A DNA stretch of 64,000 nt, taken from the NCBI RefSeq assembly GCF_963921235.1, contig NC_086097.1, forward strand, positions 123,878,001-123,942,000, given 5' to 3'. A model generated the notes under the pieces. It saw nothing but the letters and a program-made list of their open reading frames with translations, was not told the origin of the DNA and did not search any database. This document shows positions 51,124 through 62,749 of the stretch, one piece after another. The translations under genes and the position numbers were made by a program. This DNA is from Mobula hypostoma. Lineage: Eukaryota. Numbering within the stretch: the first letter of the stretch is position 1; each line of letters opens with the position of its first letter.

Positions 51124-51729
51124 GGAAAAAAAAATAACATGGAGAAGTGAGCAATGTTGTAACCAGAGTAACACATTGTGGGACTAAGCAAAACAGCAGC
51201 AACAGAGGGAGAGAAGATAGCCCTCCCACAGCCAGGTGACCAAGTCATGGTGAGGGTGCTGCCTGAAAAGGCAGGGTTTGCTCATAGATGGGTATGGCTT
51301 CTGACAAATGATAGCTGTGTTTGTGTACAGACCCAGCGTGGTAGCCAGTGGGAACATATGACTGCCTTCTTGTTGCCCTCACTGACAGAACAAGGGATCA
51401 AGTCTAGCCAGTAACAATGTCATTACAGAGAATTTAACTGATGAACGCCAGCCTGTTGCTTCTTGTCTGACCCACAGATGGAAGAGAATGGGAACGCAAA
51501 AGACACAGAGACATGTCAACAAGCCGTGAATAAAGTGTAAAGTGTAATGGTAACTGTACTTTGTAATGAAGGCTAGTTCTGGAAGGAAGATGATTATTTA
51601 TATAAATCAGGATAAAAATATATTGGGAAACTAGATGGGAAGGGATCTGAGTTACGGCAGAGACATCAAGTTCCACAAAGCAGACTGAGAAAGAAGAGAT
51701 TGTGCACAGCATCTGGAGGCAGCTACCTG

Positions 51730-52500
51730 ATGAAAAATGAAAAATGAAAGATCGGATTATTATTTAAATGGTAAAAGATTGCAGCATGCTGCTGTGCAGA
51801 GGGATTTGGGAGTGCTTGTGCTTGAATCACAAAAGGTTGGTTTGCAGGTGCAGCAGGCTATCAAGAAGGCAAATGGGATGTTGGCCCTCATTGCTAGAGG
51901 GATTGAACTTAACAGCAGGGAGGTTACACTGCAACTGTACCAGGTACTGGTGAGGCCGCACCTGGAGTACTGCGTACGATTCTGGTCACCTTGCTTGAGG
52001 AAGGGTATACTGGATTTGGAGGTGGTGCAGAGGAGGTTCATCAGGTTGATTCCAGAGATGAAGGGGTTAGACTATGAGGAGAGACTGAGTTGCCTGTGAC
52101 TGTACTCGCTGGAATCCAGAATGAGAGGGAATCTTATAGAAACATATTAAAATTATGAAAGGGATAGATAAGATAGAAGCAGGAAAGTTGTTTCCAGAAG
52201 GTGAGACTAGAAATGGGGCACATAGCCACAAAATTTGGGGGAATGGATTTAGGACAGAGATGAGGAGGAACTACTTTTCCCAGAGGGTGGTGAATCTGTG
52301 GAATTCTCTGCCCAGTGAAGCAGTGGAAGCTACCTTAGTAAATACGTTTGTATATTTAAGACAAGGCTGGATAGATTTTTGCATAGTAAGGGAATTAAGG
52401 GTTATGGGGAAAAGGTAGGTAGGTGGAGATGAGTCTATGGTCAGATCAGTCATGATCTTATTGAATCAGATGGCCTACTCCTGCTCCTATTTCTCATGTT
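51730..52500 (+). mobile_element. CR1 LINE 3' fragment inside the ERV
   Basis: QRDLGVLV..KKANGMLA..LVRPHLEYCVRFWSP. Confidence 0.92.
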
Positions 52501-53429
52501 CACTCCAGCCTGATGGAGAGTGAACACAAATGAGCTGGGCTCTTTCACTGGTTGGGCCAGCGATGGAACAGACGGTCTAGGAGAGGGTGCCACTGAGGTG
52601 AGGTCCTTGCAGCTATCAGAACAGAGACTACCCCAAACCCTACCATAGATCTATCAAAGAGACCGAGAGACTTGCCAGATTATTCTGATAGTCTTGTATC
52701 ATGACACAGAATGTGAGCTGTTGCCTGCGAACATGGAACAAAATTACCTTGCTGACGCCCCCACCCACAGACAGCCGCTGCTGATAGCTTTAGCTATCGG
52801 GTACTGAAGGGGTGACGATAAGGATATGTAAACTACAGTGGGCTAGCAGGGAAGGAGGTAACACGCACATGAACAACAAAGCTCCACTTTAAAGACTGCT
52901 TGACATTGAGAGGAAAAGTATCGAAGAAGAGGATGTGATGAAATTTCTGGAATGTTTTATTGCTATCTCAGCTTACTCTTGCAGATAGCAAGTTAGGGAT
53001 GATAGTGCAGATGTTAAGTAAGCATGGGAGGTTAGTCATTAGGAAGGGATCTGAAGTGAAGGGCATTTTGCTGCCCTGCTTAATTAGATCCTCAAAGTTT
53101 AGCTTTCCTGGGACAGATTTGTGTCCAGGGGCCAAGATGAGGTGCTAACGCGAATTCTTTGCCCTTTCAACCCACCCCCCTCTGCAGGACAATTTACTAT
53201 AATACTGTATTATATGCAGTGAACAGAGCAGGCTGACACAGGTACATTAGAAGGGATAGAATCTGGAACAAGACCTACACTTCATGAATTCGATTGGGAA
53301 GGGCAAACAACTGCTTTAGAAAATCTGTCAAAACTGATTTGTCAATCATCATATCTGCCAACCACTGGGACACAATTGCACCTCGAGGAGATTGACCTCT
53401 GGTATATTTGAACATATCACCAAGCAAAG

Positions 53430-53560
53430 GGGCAGAGCAGCAGCGTAGTGTTTAGCATAATACTATTACAGTGCCAGTGAGCCAGGTTCGATTCCCACTG
53501 CTGCCTGCAAGGAGTTTGTACGTTCGCCCTGTGACCATGCGGGCTTCCTCCGGGTGCCTT
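53430..53560 (+). mobile_element. V-SINE 5' part
   Basis: tRNA-like head (ggttcgattccc B box) plus V domain. Confidence 0.7.
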
Positions 53561-54429
53561 AATGTTACATCCAACCAAGAAACACCTCCATGCTGAAAAG
53601 AAAGAGTTAAATTTGATTCCTCCTTGGTATATGCTGAAATAAAATGGAAGTTTTTAAGACAAAATGGTATTAAGTGAAGAAAGAGGGATTGTTTTGAGAA
53701 AGTTAAAGCAGTACAAGTCTACAGCATTGAGAGTAGATAACAATGAATGCATGTTTGTCTGGGGAAGGTAAAACGTCATTGTGCAGATGTGGGTATTCAA
53801 ATGGTACCTTATCGTGGGAAAGCACTAGTGTAACGGGTTTTGAAGGGTATAATAAAAAGGGGTAATTTCTTTGTGTAAATGGGAATCTTCTGTTGGGCTG
53901 GGTTGCAACTAGGGAGTGTGTGTGTGTGTGAGAGAGAGAGAGAGCTGAGTGAAAGTTTGTCAGATCTGTAATTCCAGCATTGCACAGTGCCTCCTTTCTT
54001 TCCGAATACCTCGTCCTGCTGAATCAGAAAAGCAGAGAACAAATTTTAAAATATTTTTTGTTACATATGCCTCATACAAAATTTTCCACCTTCTAGCAAA
54101 CCAATCACAAACAAGAGAAAGTCTGCACCTGCTGGAAATCCAAGCGACACACAAAAATACTGGAGGAACAGCAGGCCAGGCAGCCCAAAACGTCGACTGT
54201 ACTCTTTTCTAAAGATGCTGCTTGGCCTGCAGAGTTCCTCCAGCATTTTGTGTGTGTCACCTTCTAGCAAACCTTGTCCCCATTCGGCTTTTGGCCTGGA
54301 TTTTATCCTTTAAGTATTGCTTCTATCAATGAAAACCACCTATGGCGAAAACGCTATTTTGACTAGTGCCTCACTGGGCTTAAACTACTGACAAGGCGTT
54401 CTCCACTGGAACATGACAAAGTAACTCAC

Positions 54430-54557
54430 TCTTTTCCTTCCCGGTGACCGGGAGGGGTGTCGGCTGTGTTCTGAGTGCCACACGTCTTTGGCAACTGTCC
54501 TTTTACAGGAGCTTTTCTCTGGAATTGATGAAGCTTGTGATCCTTTGGTGGGCATTT
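54430..54557 (-). CDS. RGS22: Probable RGS22 linker exon, phase 0-2
   Basis: AACAG acceptor and GTGAGT donor, 128 nt, KCPPKDHKLHQFQRKAPVKGQLPKTCGTQNTADTPPGHREGK(E). Supplies the phase change needed between 58010 (phase 0) and 46989 (phase 2). No recognisable homology. Confidence 0.55.
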
Positions 54558-54929
54558 CTGTTAATGATAGAAGTAGATGTTAATAGATAAATAATTCATG
54601 CCTGAAAACAGTCCTGCTGCACAACAGACATCATTAAATTCTCCCAAATGTGTTGTCTTCAAAAGATTTTCTTGAACTTCCATGAATTTCTTCATTACCC
54701 CCGGTGCACATTTTAATAATAAAAGCAACATTATACATTGGCAGTGACACAAAAAAATCCTCTCCCTAGATGCTGCCTGACCTGCTGAGTTCCTCCAGCG
54801 TTTTGTGTACGTTGCTCACAATTCCCAGCATCTGCAGAATGTCTTGTGTTTAGACATTGGCAGGAATAGTGTGGAAATGTGTCACACAGGTTCTTTTATA
54901 TATTAATTGACATTACTTGTGCCTTAAAG

Positions 54930-55570
54930 TACCAATGTATCAGCCTCGACCACCACCCCTGGCAGGGCATTCCATGTATTCACCACTTTCTGTGTAAAAA
55001 CTTACCTCTGACATCCCCCCTGTACTTCCCTCCAATCACCTTAGAATTATGTCCCTCATATTAGCTATTTCCACCCTGGGAAGAAGTATCTGACTGTCCA
55101 CTCTACCTATATTTCTTATCCTCTTGTACACCTCTATCAAGCCACCTCTCACCCTCCTTCGCTCCAGAGAGAAAAGCCCTTAGCTCTCTCAACCTATCTT
55201 CATAAGACATACAAAGTTCCAGCCAGCATCCCAGTAAATTTCCTCTACACCCTCTTTAAACATTCTGCATCCTTTCTAACTAGGGTTTTATACAGCTGCA
55301 ACATTGCGGCTTTTGAATTCAATCTCGGACTCATAAAGGCCAACACACCGAACGCCTTCTTGACAACTCTATTACACGTGGGGCAACTTTGAGTGTTCTA
55401 TAGGTATGGATCCCAAGGTCCTTTTGTTCCTGCACAAAGCCAAGAATTGTACCGTTAACCCTGCATCCTGCCTTCAAATTCAACCTTACAAAATGACTCA
55501 CTTCACATTTCTCTGGATTGAACTCCATCAGCCACTTGTCAGCCCCACTCTGCATCCTGTCAATGACCCA
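54930..55570 (-). mobile_element. CR1 LINE fragment, old
   Basis: WLMEFNPEKCEVSHF remnant. Confidence 0.8.
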
Positions 55571-58009
55571 AGGGATATTTGCAAGGGACAAGTGGATAGG
55601 TTCCCCTGAAGGCAATAAAAGAAAGCTTGCCTACAGCTGTCCCCAAACAACCCCACACCCCAACCGGGCTTGATTATTTCTTTAGAATAACATCAATAAT
55701 GTACCACTATATCCTGAGCTGACCCAGGGATATGGAACAGCTGTCACTAGTTGCGACGTTGGGATTGGAAGAGGCCTCCAAATCTTGTCGTGCCCACTTG
55801 GCCATGATGGTTGGCTGCAGCAATCACTCGGGATTGACGTGCTTTGCTGGAAAAAGTTTAGCAACCTAACCAAAGGTCCAAAGGTTCAAACACTCAGTGA
55901 CCTAGAAATGAAGACCAAGGCCCTGAAGGAGAAGGGATAAAGAAGCACTGCCAAGGACAAGGAAGCATCATTAAAAAACAATGAGTTATAAATCCGATGG
56001 CAGCTGGCGGCTGGAGTCCAAAGAAACCGGCCGGTCCTGGCATTAGAGGACCGTATACCTGCGTGCGTATGGAGGAACAGGGCTCGTTTTGCTGTTGTTG
56101 CTTTGCTGCTTGGTATGTTCTGTTCTGTTGAGTTCTATGTTGTTCTGCCGAGTATTGTAGGCATACTATGTTGGTGCTGAAATGTGTGGCAAGACTTGTG
56201 GGCTGTTTCCTTGGGTTGTGCTGGTTGTTAATGCAAATGACGCATTTCATTGTACATTTCTGTGGAAGTTGTGGTAAGGCAAGGGTTAACATAATATCCA
56301 GGCGAGGATAGACTGCAGATAGAGTGTAGACAGCCCAGGCAAGAAAGGCCTTTGAAAAGCATAGCTTCCCTTTGCATAACAGATTCTCAGAGCCATTTTC
56401 CCTCTTCGAGACGAGGTAAGAATGTAAAGAAAGGGTGCAAAGCACAGACCAGCTAAGGGACAATTGCTTTACTAACTTTAAAACAACTTCTTGTAGTTTC
56501 TATTGACTTCTAACACTTGGATGGTGAATGGAGATTGATCTTGCAAGTTAGTAATCCAACATACATAGGTTACCACATGGTCAATTCTGTATAAAAATGC
56601 CGGTTCTCTGTTCAATCTTTCTGTGCTGTATCTCACACAGCAATCTGAAATGGGTGTGCCACCAAGAAATACCCATGAGATGCACACCCCCCATAATGTA
56701 AAAGATGGAAACGCTAAGATTTCCTTTCATGAGTTTTTTGAAAGTTAACTTGAAGGATTTCTTCACAGTCACCCCGTTGAGGAAGAGTTTTCTAATAGCT
56801 TGACTTAATGGTGATGTTTAAGAGAATGAAATGACGTTAACAAGTCAATGATCTTAACCAGCTTGATAGGCCATGCAGCAGATCTATTCTTTTCTATAGA
56901 GCAACTTCTGAATTGCCCGCTTCGCTGCCGCTGCTACTGTGCGATCGAGAATCTCTGGAGACGTAGACCCCAAATCTTCAGCTTTGCGTATCGCCTGTTG
57001 CTGGGGCCGGTGTTGAAACGCTCAGCAGAGATGGTGCTCGGTGCATCAATCTTGGGAGGTGGTCGGAGGCTCGGAGTTTTTCGGACGGACTCGGGTCGGA
57101 CTGTGGTCGGATGCTTCCGGGATGCTGCATCGGCAAGTTGGCGGCGCTGGAGGTTTACCGTCTGCGTGAGATGATGGGACTTTCGAGAGACTCTGAGACT
57201 TTTACTGTGCCATGGTCTGTTCTTATCAAATTACAGTATTGCTTTGCACTGTTGTAACTATATGTTATAATTATGTGGTTTTTGTTAGTGTTTAAGTTGG
57301 TTTGTCATGTGTTTTCGTGATAGTCTGGAAAAACATTTTTATCTTTTCTTAATGCATGCATTACTAAATGACAATAAAAGGGGACTGTGTGTCCTCATAA
57401 TCATAATCATAAATGAACCATGCAACTTAACAAGGGAATAACACCATTTGCCCTGATCGTGAAGTATGCTCACACAATTGTGGTTAGGCTTGTTTGTGTT
57501 CTATTTTGATTGGAGCTTAGTTCAGTTCAGATGGCACCGGACTGCAGTCTCCATCGAGGTCACAGCTCACACTTAGTAGATTTTTAGGTTTTTAACCAGC
57601 ACGTCCTTGAGTGCATTGGTTGTTAATGCAAATGACGCATTTCACTGTAGGTTTTGATGTACAAGTGATGAAATAAATCTGAATCTTGTTATGTAGTTTA
57701 GAATCTCTGCAGTTCCCCATTTTTAGCTAGCATCTCAGATTCTTGTAATATTAAAACTAAATCACAATTGTGCCAAATACCTCTCAAAATTTTAGGCCCA
57801 AAGACTCCAGGAAAGAGGAATTACAAGAGATAAAAATACATTTTACAGTCTGCAATGGCAATGTGCCAACATTGATTTATATACACAGTTTAAGGTGCAA
57901 TGATAGGTCGTTGTCCATGGGAAATTGCATCGCTCATATGTATAATTCAAATTTTGAAAGCTTAACTTCAAGAAATCACTGAATTCTACAAATACAAAGT
58001 GACACTAAC

Positions 58010-58166
58010 CTCCTTAGAAATGCAAATGATTTTTATCTGATCTAAGGGTGTGACAGAAAATGGGCCTACATCTGGTTTAGGCCTGAGCTGGCGGTCTTGC
58101 CAATCCTTCAGTACAACGCCAGCTTGTCTTATTGGGGATCCTTGGTTGATGCAATACCTTGGACCC
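58010..58166 (-). CDS. RGS22: RGS22 coding exon, phase 2-0
   Basis: TTTCAG/GTTAGT, 157 nt, (W)GPRYCINQGSPIRQAGVVLKDWQDRQLRPKPDVGPFSVTPLDQIKIICISKE. Continues WAPRFC-like motif in frame with previous exon. Confidence 0.88.
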
Positions 58167-58999
58167 CTGAAACAGAAACAAAAATGAATACGTGGGGATT
58201 CTAGTGGTCATGCAGGCATTAAAGGAATTGTTATTGCAAGTCTTCACTGGAGTTGGAGCTGCAATACGAGATCAATATTCCATTAACCTCAACAATGCAT
58301 TTTCACCTCAATATTACTGAAGTCAATGTTCATTTATTTTAAATGCAAGCGATTCTGCTGGAAATCTGCAGAACTGATGAAGGGTCTCAGCCCAAAACAC
58401 TGACTGTTTATTCCTTTCCATAGGTGTTGCCTGACCTGCTGAGTTCCTCCAGTATTCAGTGTGTGTTCATTTATTTTAGATGCTTAGTTTCACTTTCCGT
58501 CTTGCTTGTCCAAATTGTTGAAATTCTAGTCCTTTCACTATTTCACAATTGGAGCATTGAGATCTAGGAATTCTGGCCTAGAAACCTGACTCCTGGTGTG
58601 CTTATTTTGAGAAACTGGTAACTGTGTTCATGCCGTAGTAATTAATTTTGTGTTTGGTCCTGTATGTTGGTTGTTGATGCAAATAATGTATTTCACTGTC
58701 TGTTTTGATGTTCTTGATAAATAAAGTTCAAAGTTCAAAGTAAATTTATTATCAAAGTACATGTATTTATGTCACCATATTCATTCCCTGAGATTCATTT
58801 TCTTGTGGGCATTCACAGTAGAACAAAGAAATAGGCTAAGGTCAGAATCAGGTTTAATATCACTGGCAGAAGTTGTGAAATTTGTTACTTTGCAGCAACA
58901 ATACATTTTATTAAAAAGCTATATATTAAGAAATATATATGTAAAAAATAAATATGTAGCGCAAAAAGGTTGAAAAAAATGAGGTAGTGTTCATGGAAT

Positions 59000-59733
59000 C
59001 ACACAAATGCTGGAGGAACTCAGCAGGCCAGGCAGCATCTATGGAAAAGAGTACCGTCGACATTTTGAGCCGAGACCCTTCAGCAGGACTGGAGAAAAGA
59101 CGATGAGGAGTCAGGGTTAGAAGGTGGAGGGAGGGGAAGATGAAACACAAGGTGATAAGTGAAACTGGGGGGCTGGAGGGAGGTGTGAAGTAAAGAGCTG
59201 GGCAGTCAATTGGTGAAAGTGATAAAAGGCTGGAGAAAGGAATCTGATAGGAGAGGACAGAGGCCATGGAAGAAAGGGAAGGGGGAGGAGCACCAGAGGG
59301 AAGTGATGGTCAGGTAAGGAGATAAGGTGAGAGAGGAAAACTGAAATGCGGAATGGTGAAGGAGAGGGGCGGGGGACATTACCGGAAGTTTGAGAAATTG
59401 ATGCTCATGCCATCAGTTTGGAGGCTACCCAGACAGAATATAAGGTGTTGCTCCGCCAACCTGGATGTGGCCCCATCACGACAGTAGAGGAAGCCATGGA
59501 CATGTTAGAATAGGAATGGGAAGTGGAATTAAAATGGGTGGCACTGGGAGATCCCACTATTTGTGCCGGATGGAGCATAGGCGGTCAGCAAAGCGGTCTT
59601 CCAATCTACGCGGGCCTCACCGATGCACAGGAGGCCATACCGGGAGCACTCACGGATACAGTAGATAACCCCTACAGACTCACAGGTGAAGTGTTGCCTC
59701 AGCTGGAAGGACTGTTTGGGGCCCTGAATGGTA
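59000..59733 (-). mobile_element. Penelope-like element 3' part (GIY-YIG endonuclease remnant plus terminal repeat)
   Basis: GPKQSFQLRQHFTCESVGVIYCIR.CSR.GLL.IGE motif, followed by a degenerate hammerhead repeat at 59055-59092. Confidence 0.85.
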
Positions 59734-59744
59734 CTGTATTTAAC

Positions 59745-60010
59745 ACGGCCATGAATGATCCCAGGTCTAGCTGCAAACGGAGGAGGGTTGAGCATGGCTT
59801 TAGCAACTCCATCCTGTTAAAGACCCACAGTTATAGAAACACCAACTGTAGCTCCAAAGACCCCATCCCCGGCAGAGAAAGGGTCTTTGCCTAGAAGATG
59901 TATGATGGGTTACACTTGGGGGCAACTTGAAAGACTGGTCCAAGACAGAAGACTCTGGGGAGTTACTGTCGACAGCCTATGCCTCAGTGGGGGTGATGGG
60001 CTTAAGTAAC
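59745..60010 (+). mobile_element. RTE-type non-autonomous fragment
   Basis: ggaggagggttgagcatgg..gcaactccatcctg (RTE-like 5' region) joined to gcctatgcctcagtggggg..ttaagtaa (RTE-like 3' end). Confidence 0.5.
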
Positions 60011-61157
60011 TATAACATTTATTTGTATTTGCAGAACAATTTTGCCAGTGAATTTATGCTTGTTCTGCCGAGATCCCAAAACAAACCAAATTCTTTTCTG
60101 CACTCCAGGTACGTGTGGTACTTATTTGAACATAGAACATAGAACACGCCTTATGGCCCACCATGACCATGATCCAGTCTAACTAATCCCATCTGCCTGC
60201 ATGTGGTCTATATTCCTGTTTCCCCCCCACCTATTCATGTGTCTGTTTATGTGCCTCTTAAATACAGCTATCATAACTGCTTCTACCACCAGCATGGTCC
60301 AGGCACCTACTACTACTTTCTTATAAATCTCCTTTAAACTTCCCCCTTCTCACCTTTAACATGTGACCACAGGTATTTCCCAGCCTGGGAAAAAGGATTC
60401 TTTCCCCCCTCCTTTCCAGTCCTGATGAATTCCCCTTTATTTCCAGTCCTGACAAAGAATCTCAGCTGAAATGTCCACTCTTTATTCTCCTCTATAGATG
60501 CTGCTTGAGCTACTGAGTTCCTCCAGAACTTTGCGGAGTTGAATGTAAAATCCTATGAAAAGTAGTGGATTCAGCCTAGTACACCACAGGTAAAACCTTC
60601 CCAACCATTGAGCACATCCACATGAAAGCAGCATCCATCATCAGAGATCCCCACCACCCAGGCCATGCTCTTTACTCACTGCTGACATCAGGTAGAAGAT
60701 ACAAGAGCCTCCAGGTTCAGGAACAGTTACTACAACTCAGCCATCAGGCTCTTGAACAAAACGGGATGACTACATTCTTTTACCCAGCCGTTGAGATGTT
60801 CCCACAACCAGTGATCTCACTTTAAGGACTCTCTATCTTATTATCTCATGTTCTCATTATTTATTGCTACTTATTTATATTTGTACTTACAGAGTTTGTT
60901 GTCTTCTGCACTCTGGTTGATCTTTCCTTGATTCTGTTATAGTTACTATTTTATAGATTTGCTGAGTATTCCCACAGGAAAATGAATCTGAGTGTTGTAG
61001 ATGGTGACATTTCTGTACTTTGATAATAAAATTTACTTTGGACTTTGGACTTTGGATTTCTAGATTGTTTCCGAATCTCTGTGCTAACGTTGGAACATAA
61101 TTCTGTTTAAATACAAATTTTATTCAAGAAATTCAGTGGGATTGTGTCTGTACTCAC

Positions 61158-61319
61158 CAGTAGAGAAGCAGGGGTGCCACTATATCTGCCTGGATTTTGC
61201 ATAAATTATCTACAGTCCACTGTGAAATAATTGACAGAGCCAGCCTTTCCCGTATCTCAGCACTCATACAGTATTCACCACCGCTGAACAAGTAGCGACT
61301 CCGTATCTTGTTGAGATAG
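61158..61319 (-). CDS. RGS22: RGS22 coding exon (most 5' in window), phase 2-2
   Basis: AG/GTGAGT bounded, 162 nt, encodes YLNKIRSRYLFSGGEYCMSAEIRERLALSIISQWTVDNLCKIQADIVAPLLLY(W). Resembles recalled mammalian RGS22 (..YYLSAEIL..SQW..PLLLYW). Confidence 0.9.
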
Positions 61320-61684
61320 CTTTAAACCAAAGAAGGAAGACACATTCAAAACTTATTGCAGTAGGAAGCAAATTATTTATTTTTATTTTATTTTAGAGAT
61401 ACAGGCCCTTCCAGCCCAACGAGCTACACCGCCCAGCACCCCACCTATTTAACTCCAGCCTAGTCACGGGACAATTTACAATGATCAAATAACCTACTAA
61501 CCGATATGTCTTTGGACTGTGGGAGGAAACCAGAGCACCCATAGGAGAATGTACAAACTCCTTAGAGAGGGTGCCGGAATTGAACTCTGAACTCCAGAAT
61601 GCCCCAAATGCCCAAAATGATGTAACTTTATATCAGCAGAGGAGAAATTACCAACATTATTTTAATTCTGGAAAACGGAGCAGA

Positions 61685-61932
61685 GGGTGGCACGGTAGCG
61701 CAGTGATTAGCGGAATCGCTTTACAGCGCTAGCGACTCGGGTTCAATTCCTGCCGCTGTCTGTATCGAGTTCATACGTCCTCCCCGTGACTGCATGGGTT
61801 TCTTCCAAGTGCTCTGGTTTCCTCCCACATTCCAAAGACGTACAGGTTAGTAGGTTAATTGGTTACAGGGGTGTAACTGGGCAGCCTGGGTTTGTTAGAC
61901 CAGAAGGGTCTGTTACCATCCTGTAACTTTAA
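61685..61932 (+). mobile_element. V-SINE (HE1-like), near full length
   Basis: ggcacggtagcgcagtg (A box), gggttcaattcc (B box), V domain ggtttcctcccacattccaaagacgtac. Confidence 0.8.
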
Positions 61933-62749
61933 GTATATTACAAAAATAAATACATTTCTAGATATTTATTGGGTAGCACATTTATTTACAGTTGCAGTAG
62001 CAGTTAAAACTAAAACTTTTTTTTAAAAAATCACTTGCAATAAGGGATGATAATGGCATGACTGAATGGCGGAGCAGACTCAATGGGCCGAATGGCCTAC
62101 TTCTGCTCCTATATCATATGGTCGTATAAACACAGTGTCAGAGTTATTAATAATGGATTCTACTCAATCCACTTTGAATGTTTTTCATTGTTATACTTAC
62201 CAGAATAATATCACAGAGACACAAGAGGAAATGCAAATGCTAGAAGCTGCTCGAGCACCTTTGTTCCATCCATCACGGCGACCAGGATTCCCTGGTGGTC
62301 TGATTCCACAGACAAATGCACTGCAAAAGGCTTGGCAGAAGATGTACTCCCTGCGGCAGCTGGTAAAATTCTATCTTCCCCAGAACATATTAGTGCAATT
62401 CTGCACTGCCATCATAGACAGCAATTTAAAATTAAGCCATTACTGTCTGGTTCGGAGCAGCATCCTCTCATAATGTATAAAACCTACAATGAACTGTGAG
62501 AACAACTGTCTACCATCACTGCAGGACTTGTATGTGTCCAGGACAAGGAAATGGGCAGGAAAAATCACCCACCTTGCAAACAACCTTTTAAAAAGCTTCC
62601 TTCTGAAAAGTGCTATGGGGCTTTTAAAACAAAAACTTTACTCTATCTTAAAAGTTTCTTCCCCCAGGCAGTTAATCTGATCAACCATTCTACTCCCCTC
62701 TATCTATTACCTCAGTAACTGCACTGTAAACAGCTTAAATCAACATTGA

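Larger units (their letters stand above)
47273..53690 (+). mobile_element. Decayed, internally deleted endogenous retrovirus (class I-like, PBS-Pro)
   Basis: 5' LTR approx. 47273-48345 (interrupted 47595-48130), PBS, gag-like HRPFTPGEKQGILSELP, knuckle remnant CGLLGHSWRWCP, protease-like MLVGTESSVS, integrase C-terminal QPGDQVMVR..RW, purine tract near 53675-53688. Confidence 0.72.

Noticed and set aside
53689..53960. 3' LTR of the ERV after the purine tract
   Set aside because: It starts with TG after a purine tract, but shows only a short weak resemblance to the 5' LTR, so it cannot be supported.
53808..54018. Additional RGS22 exon after a good-looking acceptor (ttttctgattcag)
   Set aside because: The only fully open frame runs through a (CT)(CA) microsatellite and ends in phase 0, incompatible with the phase-2 exon at 46989. 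The other frames hit stops.
55894..56463. 189-aa minus-strand ORF
   Set aside because: It spans a SINE-like repeat and an unrelated insertion, with no domain signature.
61685..61760. tRNA gene
   Set aside because: A and B boxes run into a V-SINE body and there is no complete cloverleaf; the same applies at 53430 and 46050.
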